A stretch of 64,000 bases of DNA from Podospora anserina (lineage: Eukaryota). Positions 25,342 through 38,759 of this stretch are shown piece after piece. Under the pieces are notes generated by a model. It was not told the origin of the DNA. It made no database searches and saw nothing but the letters and a program-made list of their open reading frames with translations. The DNA is taken from positions 2,852,001 through 2,916,000 of the forward strand of contig CM030335.1 of NCBI GenBank assembly GCA_017654855.1. Direction: 5' to 3'. Each line of letters opens with the position of its first letter. The first letter of the stretch is position 1. Position numbers and translations under genes: made by a program.

Positions 25342-27890
25342 TGCTCCCCTAGACAGCCTCAATTCGTGGATGCTGCCTCCTAAATCCGAAAGGCTGTGCA
25401 CCGCAGGTTACGTTGCAGGTCCTCCCGAAGTGATAGCCCAACGGTCCTCCCCGCTCGGTGTCTTGGCCATGTGAATTAGGTAGTTGATGGTGTAGATGTC
25501 TTTTCATCAACACTACTATCCTTGCCGATTGAGCCGGCAAGTCGAGTTTCATAGGCAACCACATGACCTAATGTCGAGATATTTTGCTGATGCATCCCGC
25601 ACCTTTGGTTCTTTTTGCCAATGGCGTGTGCGGCATGAGTTCATCATCGGCGATGGTGTTGTGTTCCTCGAATCGATCGAGCAACATGGACCTTACCACC
25701 AACAAAAAGCTCGGGCTCCAAAGTTCGGTGAGACGGTTCTTGATGCAAGGTAAGCGGTATGTGCTACTGCTCTAGAGAGGCTGCATCTCCTACTGGTAGA
25801 TGTCGAGATATCGACTGTCGTGTCCAACTCACACTGAAAAGCCCAACCACCGGTTCAGTCCCATGCAGGTCCAAGCCCAAGCTCCGATTGTGTCTCTGTT
25901 GAGTGCGGGGTCTGCGGGGCTTCTGAGGGGTAGGTCACCGCTCTGCGGAATGTTGAGTGGTGTGAAGTGTGTCGGGGGTCAATTATCTTTTGTGAATGTT
26001 TTAGTTGGTGATATCTGGGTGTAGGAAGCCCCTGGACTAGAGGATGGGTTTTCAAAAATTGGGCCCCCACGCACCGCCAGAAAGTTGATGGTGTGGTTTG
26101 CCACGACGCCAATTGACCGGGGTTTCCACCGCACTTTTTTTCTGCATGTAACCCCACACGATGGGTGCTGCAGCTCCATCTCCGGCAACGACGGCCACCG
26201 AGAGAATGGAGAGAAGAAGATGAAGCCGTACCAGAGGTCCGGCGTGGGCCGCATGTCTCGTATCTCAAGATAACGTGTTGCTGATCAGTTCAAAGCCAAG
26301 GCGGGTGTAAAATCCCTGCTGGGTGTGTGACACGTCTGGACGAGCACGACGAGGTGCGTTTGGAGAGTGCCGGATGTTTGATGCTGTTGAGGGTGGGTTT
26401 TGATCGTCCAAGAGCTCCCAGGCTGGCCCTGGCACGCAGCCCTTGCCAGCCCTGTCGTCTATTTAACCTCCACTTACCTATTCTAGTTAGCGGTCGCAGC
26501 AAGCGTGGTTGAAACAACAGATGCTGTCGCAATCACTTGCCCTTTTGGAAAAGTGTCAGGACAGGCGACCTGTGACCGTCATCCGCGACCCTGACACCAA
26601 CGATTCCGCACTCTGGAGCACTGCATGTTTCCCGAGAAATTGCTGCTGGTCTTGTGACTGAATCTCAATCTTTGGGCCCACCAAATGTGCTCTCACCGCT
26701 CGAGGATCCCGCTCAGCAAATGCTCGGCCTCGAGGGGGTGGTTACTGATTATCAGTTAGATGGTGGGCAGATAAATACCAAAGCACTGAACCACCAGAGT
26801 TGGAGGGGGACACAGACGCCAATCTCTAGCTTTCGTCCATTGTCGACCAAATCATCAGCCTCAACCGGTGAACGTCTCCAACCCAGGTACGTCCAGTGGA
26901 TCTGTTACTCTAAGTTTTGCCGTTGTTGAAGACTTCGTCCAACCACCTGGTGCACTGGCGGGGCTTCCAAGTGGAGACCCACCACGTCAGGCTAAGGCCT
27001 CATCAACAATAACCTGGCATCACGCTTCTCCTGGGAACAATAGATGAGATGGTTGCTGGTCTAGAGGGTCTAGACGAACGTCCGCAGCATGCCGCTCTGT
27101 GCCGCTCCCCGCAAAAAGACAATGCTGTGCCGCTTGTCCCTGTCTGTGGGAGGTGGGAGTGGTGGTGTGGTGGCATGTCGATATCAACCATCCATCTCTG
27201 AATCCTGGCTACTGGCCGGTCGTTTCGCTGCGGAAAGACGCACGGAAACGTCGAGACCGGAAGCTTATTTTGCAGCGTTGCAGCATATACTTGGAACAGG
27301 CGCATAATCGGCACTCGCGGTTGCGACTTTGCGTGGAGAAATTGTTGCTGATCCGCAAACAACCCTCTCAGAAGAACGATCTCGACTCGCCCCTCCGCCA
27401 CCATCTTGGCCCCGCTCCCCTGACTGGTCCTTTGCCTCATCCGCCCTCCGGCCTTCCCTAGCTTCAGCCAGCACGTCACGCTCCTAGCAGAAAGACTTTT
27501 CCCCTGCTCCATCTTATCCCATCCCATTCATCCTATAAATAACAAGAGCCTGGCGGCCCCGTTCACGCTGTCAGGTCTTTGATTCACCCACCAACGAGCA
27601 GTTTTGTGGTCGCTATTGAGGAGCCCAGGTACATTTAACGTACCTTGAACCCATCAGCCGAATCTCCTTCCCCCAGCCTCTTCATTCACTTACACCCAAC
27701 GACCCCTTTGTCTTCGTGTCAAGTGCTTCTGGCCGAACACTCAGCTCGTTCGTACCTTCGTTTATTTCGCTGAACCTTCGCTACCCACGTTTCGCTCAAG
27801 CCACTTCTTGCTCTTGAGCATTTTTTGACTTTTTCACAAAGTCTACCATACACCCACCAAAATCAGCAACAACACCACAAATCAGCAAAA

Positions 27891-29045
27891 ATGGCTTCTG
27901 CTGTTCGTGCCGCCCGCATGGCCCCGCGCCTTTCGGTCCTCGTTCGGCCCGCTGTCGCTCGCACAACCCCTTCGGTCTGCCAGCGCGCCGCCTTCTCCGT
28001 CTCGGCCGGCCGCTTCAAGTCTGAGGTGATCAAGGAGACTGAGGTTCCCGTTTCTGTCTACAACCCCGACGCTAAGGGCGTCGCTTCTGGCAATGCCGAC
28101 CATTTCAGCATCCCCGTCAAGCCTCGTCAGCGTGCTCCTGAGCCCGTCGTCGAGGAGGATGAGGAGGTTGTTCCCCTTGAGGAGAAGGTCTACTCTCAGC
28201 TCCCAAAGACGCTGCAGAAGATGAGCGTCCACGGCAAGGTCATCATCATCACTGGGTATGTTCAACTTGCACAACTTCGAACGATGGAAGTCATAAATTA
28301 CTAACAAGAAATTAGTGGTGCTCGTGGTCTTGGAAACTATATGGCCCGTGCCTGCGCTGAAGCTGGTGCCAAGGCCATTGCCATCTTCGATGCCAACCAA
28401 GAGCTCGGTGATGAGTCTGCTGCCGAGCTTCACCAGAAGACCGGCCTGCCCGTCTCCTTCTTCAAGGTTGATGTCCGTGACGGACATGCCATTGATGCCG
28501 CCGTCAAGAACGTCGTCGATCTCTACGGAACCCCTGACGTCTTGGTCAACTCTGCTGGTATCGCCGATTCCAACATTCCCGCCGAGACCTACGACCCAGC
28601 CATGTTCCGCCGTCTTATCGACATCAACCTGACTGGTTCCTTCCTCATGTCCCAGTCGGTCGGCCGTGCCATGATGGCCGCTGGCAAGCCCGGTTCCATC
28701 ATTCTCGTCGCCTCTATGTCCGGCTCCATCGTCAACTACCCACAGGAGCAGTCCTGCTACAACGCCTCCAAGGCTGGTGTCATCCAGCTCGGCAAGTCCC
28801 TCGCTGCTGAGTGGGCCAAGTACCAGATCCGCGTCAACTGCATCTCCCCCGGCTACATGGACACGGCCCTCAACAAGGTTCCCGCTCTCGACGCCCAAAA
28901 GAAGATCTGGAAGTCGTTGACTCCCCAGGACCGCCTCGGAAACGTGGATGACCTCAACGGTCTCTGCGTGTTCCTCGCCTCTGACGCCTCCGGTTTCATG
29001 ACCGGGTCCAACGTCATCATTGACGGTGGCTACAGTCTCTACTAA
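27891..29045 (+). CDS. Short-chain dehydrogenase/reductase, D-arabinitol 2-dehydrogenase/sorbose reductase-like, with probable mitochondrial presequence
   Basis: ATG 27891 in AAAATGG context; intron 28256-28315 restores TGGARGLG; NSAG, ASMSG, catalytic YNASK, IRVNCISPG, DGG. Confidence 0.93.
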
Positions 29046-29520
29046 GTTTATGATACGACAAGAAATAATTTGCTGCTTTTATCGGCTTCGGGATACCCTA
29101 TAGACGGTTTGGCTTTTTTTATGTGTTCCTCATGGGCAGCAGCAGCAAAAATTAGTGGATTCTGACAATGGCATGGGTGGACGGATGGATGGTGATTATG
29201 GGGTTTTTATCTTCATGAGCGATGGGATTTTGTTTACTTTGGGGGCGTACAGCGATGATATTTTTGATTTTTTTCATGGGGGTCTTTTTTTCTCTTTTTC
29301 ACGATATGGGTGCAAACATTAAAAAGAATCGGGGGCTCATTTTTCACTGGATTCGTCTCTTTTTTTTTATAGGTTCCGGGGTATAGGGAATCCTCAATAA
29401 CGACTTAAGGTTTTAGGCTCGTTACCTAGCAAAATCGAATATTGCAAACAAAAGACTAATTAATATGAATATGGATTTATTTCCGGAATTTTTTGGGGTT
29501 TGCTCGTGATGTGGTGTCGA

Positions 29521-29577
29521 GGTTTTTGTTCTGGCCAACGTGCTGGCTTGGTTTTGTTCCGGCCAATGTGCTGGCTT
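29521..29577. repeat. 28/29-bp tandem duplication (2 copies)
   Basis: ggtttttgttctggccaacgtgctggctt followed by ggttttgttccggccaatgtgctggctt. Confidence 0.8.
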
Positions 29578-31182
29578 TTATTTCCCACGTGGTGGTTGGT
29601 GTGGTAGGTCTTTGTCTTGGTTTGTTCTAGCGAGCTTCGAGACTGATGGGAGGGAGGGATGCACGCGTGTATGGGTCTAGAAGATCTCTGAAAAGCTTGA
29701 CAAAGAATGGGAGCTAGACTCGGGAGTTGCCGAGGTTCTTTTTCATTATCAATGATATATGCTTCTTAGTCGATTTTAGCAAGAGGTTCTGGACTGAGAG
29801 ACAGACCGTGGAGGAAGGGTGATGGAGGGTTTAAAATGTGTTGTGTGTGTGTAACAACATTTCGCAAATACGAGAGATTTGTTAGACTTGATCTGATTAT
29901 TCACAGTAGCCCTTTGTGACGACTGGAACAGACGATTGTTTGGACTTGTCGAATTGATGGCTTGGCTTTGCTCCTTCTTTATCGGTATTCCATCCCCTGA
30001 ATAGAATCCATAGCCAAGGCATATAGGCATATATCTCCATCTCATCCAAACTACCCACCCACCCACCACAGCAAATCACATGCTCATGCCAAAGTCAGGT
30101 AGCACAAAACTCCGTTTGTTGCTGTTTGCGCCTTTTATGTGAATGATCGTTGGTTGGTAGGCCGATTCACAGGGTGGCTTCGAGCCCCCCCCGTCCGCTC
30201 TTCACTCGTTGTTGCTGTTGGGCATCACCGCCTCATCACTAGGTAGTTATACCATTTTGCTACCTACCACCGTATTTAGTTTCATCAACTGATACCTTTT
30301 ACAACCGCAGGGATAGAAAAAATCTCATAGATAAAAGTTAGAAAGAGATTCAGTTCTCTCCCCTACTCAATTTCATACCAAACAGGAGAGGAAGCCCTAA
30401 CGTGCATTTCATACAGCTCAATCAGCTCTTGCTTCAACAAGTCCCAACCATCCATTCCATGCCATAGATATATATACACAAAAACGCCCACCGACATAAG
30501 AAACGCAAGCATTGTAGGTGCCTCAAGCATGATCATAATTTTGCGATTGGTGTAACACCGTCCTTCCCCCGCCCAAACCCCAAGCATGGCCCCCCATTCC
30601 CTTCTTACAAAACACCATCGAAAAGACCTCGCCAACTCCCCTTAACCTCTCACCAAAACCCCTCACGATCAAAGTCAAAAGTAAAAAGAAGAATCTGATA
30701 AAACTGGCCTTTTGTAAAATTTAAGCAAAACATATCCCTCTGCTTTGCCTTTCATCCTTCGTCCAAAAACCAGCTATAGCACTATCTCCCCCAACCAAAA
30801 CTACCAACCAAACTCCCTTGCAAAAGCCCCACTAAACAACAGCCCAAGTAGAAAGCAAAAAAAAAAAAAAAGCAAAAAAAAAAACCGCTAAATTTGAATA
30901 GTATGATATGTCTTTTTCCTCAAGACACAAAAGATCATAGTAAGAAAATAAATCCCACCGCTTCCCCCACGCCCTAACCCCCAACCCCCCATCCACCCTG
31001 TTTAGATCCAACCAAAACATCACAAGTACATTTCAGTACAACATAGTAGTAAGTAATAGTAAGAGGAAAAACAAACAAACAACTCGCTCGGTGAAAAAAA
31101 GTGTCTGTCTGGCTCCGCTTAGCCATGTGATGATGTCTGTGTGATCCGGTAAAAAGAAAATCCCACATCAGAGATAAATCAT

Positions 31183-34100
31183 TCATTGCCCCTTCCGGGC
31201 CTTCTCCTGAGCCCTCGCTTCCCTCGCCGCCCTCACCAACGGCGCCAGGGAAGATAGCTCAACGCATGTCTTCATGAAGTCGTGCTATCATCACAAAGTG
31301 TCAGCGTCACAGTCTCCCAAAAACAGTCGGAAAACAACCACCCCCCTCAAAAATACAAAAGAAACAAGCGGGGAAGAAATAAAAGACTCACCCTCAACAA
31401 ATCATGCGCGCTCGCCCTCTTCTCCGGATCCACCTTGAGCGCAAAGTACAAGAAATCCCTAAACACGGGCGACAGATCCTGCTCGTTCTTGATGGTGGGC
31501 GTCCCGTTGGTAGCGATCAGCCACAGCGCCCTCAGCGGCGACTCGGTCAGGTACGGCGGCTCCCCCTCAATCATCTCGATGGCCATGATGCCCAAGCTCC
31601 AAATGTCGACTTTGCGCCCGTACTCCTTTCGCGTAACCACCTCTGGCGCCATCCAATAGGGGGTTCCCACCATGGTCGTACGCTTGTTTTGCGCCTCGTT
31701 GATGGTGGCGCAGAAGCCAAAGTCGGCTGTTGATTTTGGTTAGCCCAAGAACCCAAGAGTACCCAGGTAATTGTGAGGTTACATACTGAGTTTGATATTA
31801 CCCTCCATGCTCAACAAAATGTTGTCGCTCTTGATGTCCCGATGAATCACACCCTTGGAATGCAAATGCTGTAATCCCCTGAGCGTCTCCCTGCACACGC
31901 TCGCAATCTGCCCCTCGGTCATAATGTTGAACGTCACCACGTCCGTCAAGCTGCCGCCTTCCATAAACTCCATCACCACCCACAACTCGCCCGCACAGAG
32001 ATAACTGTCGATAAAGTTGACGATATTTGGGTGCGAGGATTCCTTCATGACCAGGATTTCGTTGATGATCAAGTCCTTCTTGGGTTGTTGCTCCAGGTTC
32101 ATCTGCTTGATCGCCACCAGCCTGTTAGACCCTCGCTCATGTCCAGTAAACACTCCGCCGGAGGCACCCTGGCCGATCTTGGTAAACCCGCGGTAGACTT
32201 CCCGCGGGTCGCCCTCGGAGCATATACTCTTGAGGGCGGCGACCACGTCAACTCCGTTAGACTGTCGTGGTCGGTGTCGTGGGCGGGTTGAGTTGGCTTG
32301 TGCGACTTGCTGTTGGGATTGTGGTACCCGACCCGCTTGCTCGGCTTGTCGAAGATGGGGGTGTTGGGAGGATGGCGGGGTGGGCTGTTGGTGTTGTTGT
32401 CGCTTGCTGGTCGCCCGACCCAGCTGGCCCGTCATGGCCGCTTGGGCTTGTGCCATGGCTTGCTCTTGTTGTTGCTGCATCAGCTGCTGCTGGTAGATGG
32501 CTGCTTGGCTGGGGGTGGTGACAGCCGTTGTAGCTTGTGATGACGACGGCAGGTAAGGGGAGGTGCCGTTCGCTCGCGAGTTTGATCTGGACCGGAGCTC
32601 CTCCGGCAACATTGGGATGTTGTCCTTTGGTGGGAGATATGGTGTGGCACCATCTTCTCCTGGATGTGGCATGCCAATTCCGGAGTCCTTTGCTGGATAT
32701 CCAGGCTGCTGCTGCGTCCTCGAGGGGAGACTGGTTGGTGGTTTTGGCGCCGGTCGGCTAGGCATAAGGTTGGCATCTTTGACTGGAGGAGCAGGCCCCT
32801 TGGGGACCGGAGGGGGTGCGCGAGGGTTCTCGAAACTGCCTTCGTGGGTGACAGTTGGGAATCTCGGACTTGCAGGAGGGCTTATCAAAGGCGACATCGA
32901 TGTGAACCCAGAAGTGAGCACACTTGGGGAGGGAAGGGTCGAGGCCGCCGAAGATGGTGTGCTCCCAGATAGTCCTCGGTAATCGTTTGCTCGCGCATCG
33001 TGAAACTTCTCTAGTTGTACGTCTTCCTGGGGCTTTTCTGTAGTCTCCTTGTAAAATGTCAAAACATCGACAAGTATCTGGGGGTGTTCTCGTGTGTCCT
33101 TCTCCGTGATGCCGCTCTCGTTGATTAATCGCTGCCACTCTTTTGGCAAGCCCTGTCAGTAAATAAGGGTTAGCCCAGCCGTTTGAAAGCTACCGAGAAA
33201 GCTAAAAAGGAGGCTACGAACAGTAAACTGGCCCGTCGTGCTGTCATAACCAACATGGGTGACATGCACTGGGTTTTCTGGCGCCGAGATCAATGGCTTC
33301 TTTGGCGAGCCGACCAGACTGTTCATGAAGCCTGAGAAGCCCGACTTTTTCCTCAAGACACTGGGCATCTTGGTCTCCTTCGTCTCGTCTGAATACCTCT
33401 TCGGCCCGGTCGAGCTCTCCGTCTTTGACGAGCCGCTGGCCTTCTCATTTAGAGACGATGCCTCTGTGGCGGAGAAGCTCGCCGATTGGCGGAGGGGCGG
33501 AGGTGAGTTGCCCATGACTCGGGCGTCCGAATTGGCTTGCGACAAGGCGTGAGGAGTTGATCGCGGCGGGGATGTGTTACGCTTGGCGGTGTTATTGTGG
33601 AAGTGGTGGTGGTGCGAGGTGGTTGTGCTTGTTGCGACGGGTGTGGTGTGGTGCGTGGGTGACTTCGTCGCTTCAATGCGATTGAGAATGGCAGTGCCGT
33701 CAAAGGGAGCGCCAATTAGCTCGTCCGAGGTCTTGGTGCTGAGGGGTCGATGTTGAGCGCGGGGGGCAGTGGACGATGATCTGGACAGCGACAGCTTTGG
33801 CGGCTTTGGTGCAGGTGCCGTAGAGTCGCGGGCGGGAAGGATGGGCGCGGTATGCGATCGGTTTGCTGGGGAGAGGGCCGACGAGGGTGCCGGTGGTGCG
33901 GCGGGGATGCGTGGCGAGGTGGTCTTGTTGTAGGCCTGCTTCTGCTTGTCGGACGCGTTTGGATGCTGGAGGTGCTTTGGGGCGGCGGGACTACTTCTGG
34001 CTAGGGGGGCGCTTGGGGCCCGCTTCAAGCTCGTCGAGCTTCGTTTGCTCCCTAAAGATTGGGCGTCAACTCCACGACCATCGACACTGACACTGACGCT

Positions 34101-34208
34101 ACTGTAGACGCTGGAGGGATGATGGTGGTTCGGCGGGGGCTTCTTGGTGAGCCTGCGACGGTGTGAACTGCCGTTGCCGTTGAAAGAAGAAGTCTTGGGA
34201 CTGTCCAT
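31183..34208 (-). CDS. STE20: p21-activated (PAK) Ser/Thr kinase, Ste20 type
   Basis: ATG 34208; introns 33153-33221, 31727-31786, 31285-31391. [18 protein letters not shown]; kinase motifs [31 protein letters not shown]-terminal [11 protein letters not shown]-beta-binding-type motif; no recognisable PH domain before the CRIB, so Ste20 rather than Cla4. Confidence 0.95.
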
Positions 34209-37200
34209 TTCTCTCTTCCAGTTGCTCCCGGTCTCCCGTCTCAAGACAGACTCACGGCACAAAGGAGGGCTGGGACTGGGACACGGGCGGATGGGGTGGC
34301 AGCATTAAACAATCAGATAATAATAATACTTAGCAATAATAGGGAGAGAAGAAACCATGGAAACGTACGAATTCTATGTGAGGTGACTCCAGGGGGGAGG
34401 GGGGGGCAGTCACAGTAATTGAGGTACGGAGCGAGGGTAGCAGAGTGCAAAATTGCGTTTTGGCCTCTCGTTTTTTCGTTGTCGTCCTCCTCGCCTTCTG
34501 CTTGGCTGTGCTTCAGTTCAGTCCTTGTACATGCTGCTACAGAGAAGACCTTGGCTTCCCCCGGGCCATCGTGGTGGCATTTGGCGGAAACGCAGCGCGA
34601 TTGAGACTGCCGGACACAGTGCGAGCCAGACGCAACGTCGGCGGCAAAGGAAACGAACGGAGAGGAGGGGCAGCGGGCAAGACGACGAGACCCAGCCAGG
34701 GAACAGGGGGCCTTGTCAGAACGGACACCGGACTAACCCTCCCGGGCCACCGTTTTCTAGAACTCAGGCGGACGACAAGGTGGTGACAGGACGACAGCAG
34801 TCACAAGCTCCCGCGCGTTAAAAAAAATAAAATGAAAAAGATGGGATGGCAGGCAGGTTGCTATGAGCAGCGCATGAACCACCAAGCAGCAATCAGGCGC
34901 GAGAGGCTGCCGCACTATCGGTTGTTGCTCTCCTCTAGTCAACTCATTGCTCAACTTGTGAGGTCTGGCGTGACCCTTATCCAAAGGCAGGATACCCCTC
35001 AGTCACAGCTCCTGTTTCCTAGGGGGCCTTAATGCCTCGTAACCAGCCACCAAGCTCTCAAGGCTTGTGACAAAGCCTTGTCGATTCGGACCGTGCTTGC
35101 ATGAGTTTAAAATGGCAGGATGATGGGTTTGGAGCAAACATGTCCTGCTTCTGGGTCTGAGCGGGACACGAGAGTGGGGAGATCGGCTTTGAAGGGGCAC
35201 AGTGGGAATTCGACTGATCGATAACCCTGATGATGGGATTGTGGAGAGGTGGGGGGGCATGGAGAAGAAGCATGCGAGCCAGTTGAGATCAACACCCACA
35301 GTTCAGCTTGATTTCACGGAGGGCGATACATAAAGAGATAAAGGTAGTGGTGTAGAGATAGGATTATCAGGTTTGTGTGGTGGTTGGAACCGCTGGCGAG
35401 GTTTCCTTGAATTGTGCCCAGCAAAGTGGCAGGAAAACCGTTGGAAATGACCGCCGATCGACAAGGGTCGCCTAGGAGGGTCCCATTTTGACCCCACACC
35501 AGCCTACCCGACCATCAGGGTTCGCCCGTGCTTTTGCTCTCCGTTTCAAAACTACCCAGCAACATCCAGCTGCCCATCATCATGCTCGAAGCTGCATGGA
35601 ATCACGATGCCATGGGCGGTTCCGCCGGCAGGGCATCATATCTAAGGTTGCTCCCGAGGAACCCTTCCTCTCTCGTGCAGGAACCTACACATGGGGCGCT
35701 GTACATACATCGACCCCGTACCTCGTCTTGCCACACTTTCTCGATTATTCTGTTGCATGTCAGCGAACACCGAAGTCTCCGAGATATCTGGGTCAACCGC
35801 ATGGTTTTCATTGTTTTCTCAACATGCTGACGGGGGCTCGGGCAGCACTTAGGCACCGCTACGATAGAGAAGAGAATAGGTAGTGACATGACAGGCTAGA
35901 TGTTAGGATGCTTGGTGTCAGACCAGACAGATGCCAGTAACCATCCTAAAATGCATTACATCGACGGGTGTAGACCCCGCAGCAAGCCGTCGATCATAAA
36001 ACGGCTGACTTAAAATCTTAGGGGGGCGCAATGGCATATCACGACATCAATTATCAAGGAGACAGCTCTGTTAGGAAGTAGGAAGATGTATCAAACCCTA
36101 ACCCTTCCGCTACTATTTGACGCTTTACACTTGGCTTTGTCTAGAAGAATATTCCTCATCCTTCAACACAACTGTCTCTGCAAAGAGTGGTGATTGTCTG
36201 AGGATCCTATCAATGAATGTTAGATATCATTGGGCTCGATATCAGTATCATGGCATCTCTATTTTGATCAACTCCTGGTAGCCATTCCTAGTCAGACACG
36301 CGGCCAAAACTTCTGTATTCTGTCGGTGTTAACTAGGATCTGTTATAGGTTGCACTGCTACCGCCCATAATACAACAGCAACGGCGACTATCTGCTGTCA
36401 CCTACATCCACCTGCTACCATGGCCATGAGCCCCAACTTCCCCAATCGCCTGTCAACGGAACGGCTGCTGCAGCAGGTATGCAGCCAATGCACCAGCCCT
36501 CGTCACTCCGTGTCTGTTTTTGGAACCGTGGAGGAAGAGAGCCGGCACATTTTCGTACTGTACCAGTTTGTACACTGTGTCGTTGGAGCAAGCCTACAGT
36601 GGACAGACCTTCCAGAACATCAACGGAAGCCAGCGAGATTGGGCAGCATATGGGAATAACGGGCAGCTGCACCACGGAAGAAAACGATGAATCGCTCTCC
36701 CCGGAGATAGGCTTCGAGAACCCGAGACATAGACTTCACTACGAAACACCAAGATCTGAGCTGACTTTGCACGCTTCAACTCCATCCTCTGTTCTTTGGT
36801 GTTCAACAGCAGTCTATGTCACTGTTTCTGGCCCGTGAAAAACTGCCTTCATACGTTGATGGATTTGCCAATATGCTTCTCTTTTGACTAACCCATATGT
36901 CCCTCTCATCTAGGTAAATAATCACGAGTTCAACTCACACGCGGCCATCCAGACCATCATGAAACGCATGTTCCGAGTCTCAGTCACTGACAAGCTATCT
37001 GAATGAGACCAATGGATTATAGACACGGACCTGGCCTCATGAGGAGAGGCCTTCCCCGGAATGACCTGACTGGACAGATATACGCCGTTATGCGATGAGG
37101 GGAGATGACGATACCGGGGTTAACAACGCTGTGTTCACATCCCCTTCTCCTTCTTATTAGCTGCTCGGCACACGGCAGACGCCACCTTCTTCCACCTGCC

Positions 37201-38562
37201 CTCTGGAGAGTGATGAGACGGGCCCTCGGGCGAGGAACAGAGTCGGGCAATTTACTTCACACGACGTTTCGGCGCGCAAAACGAGAGTGCACAGGTCGGC
37301 GTGGTTTGGGGGCCGACTGGATCGAGCCGATGCCAGCGTTGCAAGGCTTGGTGGTAGGATCTAGAGGCCGTTGATAACAGGTAAAAAAGCACATCAGCCC
37401 GGTCTTTTTGTGTATCGTGACTAGGAGAGCGCATCGCGGACCCGAAATTTGTTCTCATATTGGTCCTTTATAGGTTGGTATAGAGTCGTATCCGAAAATC
37501 GCCTGTCTAGGACCAAAGCCTTCAACACACTCTAATGTTATCTTGAACATTATTAGTTTCAGCTATAGATGCCGCAAGCCATACGAGATGATCTGGCTCT
37601 CAGCTGGCTAGATCCATGTAGGACATAAATGGACATCGACTCCCAGTTACACTCTGATAGCTGGCACTATATATTGCGTGAGACCCGTCCAGTTTCCTTC
37701 CGAACCGTCCTTCTGTGTTCATTCCTCTCTCATCATCTCAATATCTTTCAGACCTTGCCAATCTGTTACTCACCCACACTCACCCTCATCCCAAACACCA
37801 GATTTCAGAAAGCACTCGAGATTCGGAGAATATTCTGTCTCTTTGACAAGATGGAAAGGTATGTCCCTGCCTAGCTGTAACACAGCAACCAGATCAAGCA
37901 AAGATGATGCATGGTTGGATTGTTCTCGAATGTTGGCTTGGCAGATGAGGCTTGACAGCTGCAAAAGATGCGATCCAAGGCCGGTTGGCGGACGTGGCAG
38001 CCGTGGCAGCCGCAAGTGGTGCGGGGCATGGGGCGGCGGATGGTGTGGCTTGAGAGCAACCTGGAAGACTGGCCCACCTCGGCGCCGGGGGGGTTCCATG
38101 GCGCTACCAGGCCAATCCCCTTGCTCAAACATTTTTTTGGTGAAGCTCGATTGGAGAAACTGTTGAATGTCCACCTGGCTCCAGCTTGCTCCAGACCGCG
38201 AGACCCCATTTGTGAGCAACTTCATCGATTGCTTGTCTGGCCTTTTCTCTGTACTGCCCTCCACACGGCCGTCGCACTGCTCGTTCCCTCCCGCCCTCCT
38301 ATATAGCCGCTGAACAGCAATTGCGTCAATTCCCTGCGCATGATGCTCTAAACCCCCATCCTCATCATCGCCCGCCGTTTTAATATTCGTTTCCGCTGTT
38401 TTCCCCTGCCTGCCGCAGACCAACACACACCGTCATCACGACCTCTTTCTACTACAGTCTTTCTCCGTGAGACCGGCTGTCACTGATTGGGCTTGTCGAC
38501 CCTCGCTGGCTACAGTTTTTTTAATAGCTCTTTTCTCCAACGATCTGTCCGTTAATCCAGGC

Positions 38563-38679
38563 GTGAGTAACATGGCGTTGTGATGTCCCCGCTCTCCCAC
38601 GCCCTCGCCGCCACACAAGCCTTTGGGTGCTGGGTGGACGTCGTATCTGATGGAGTTAACTTTATCTAACCTTTGCCAG
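38563..38679 (+). other. Probable 5'-UTR intron of SCP160
   Basis: GTGAGT at 38563, CTAAC branch at ~38666, CAG ending 38679, 80 nt before the ATG at 38760. Confidence 0.5.
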
Positions 38680-38759
38680 ACTCCGCCAGGCTCTTCACTT
38701 GTCTTCACGACAAGCTTCTCCCGTCTTACGTTACGCATCTCGATATCTATCCCCCAACC

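Noticed and set aside
27882-28898. 338-aa antisense ORF opposite the SDR
   Set aside because: Common antisense shadow of biased SDR genes; no independent evidence.
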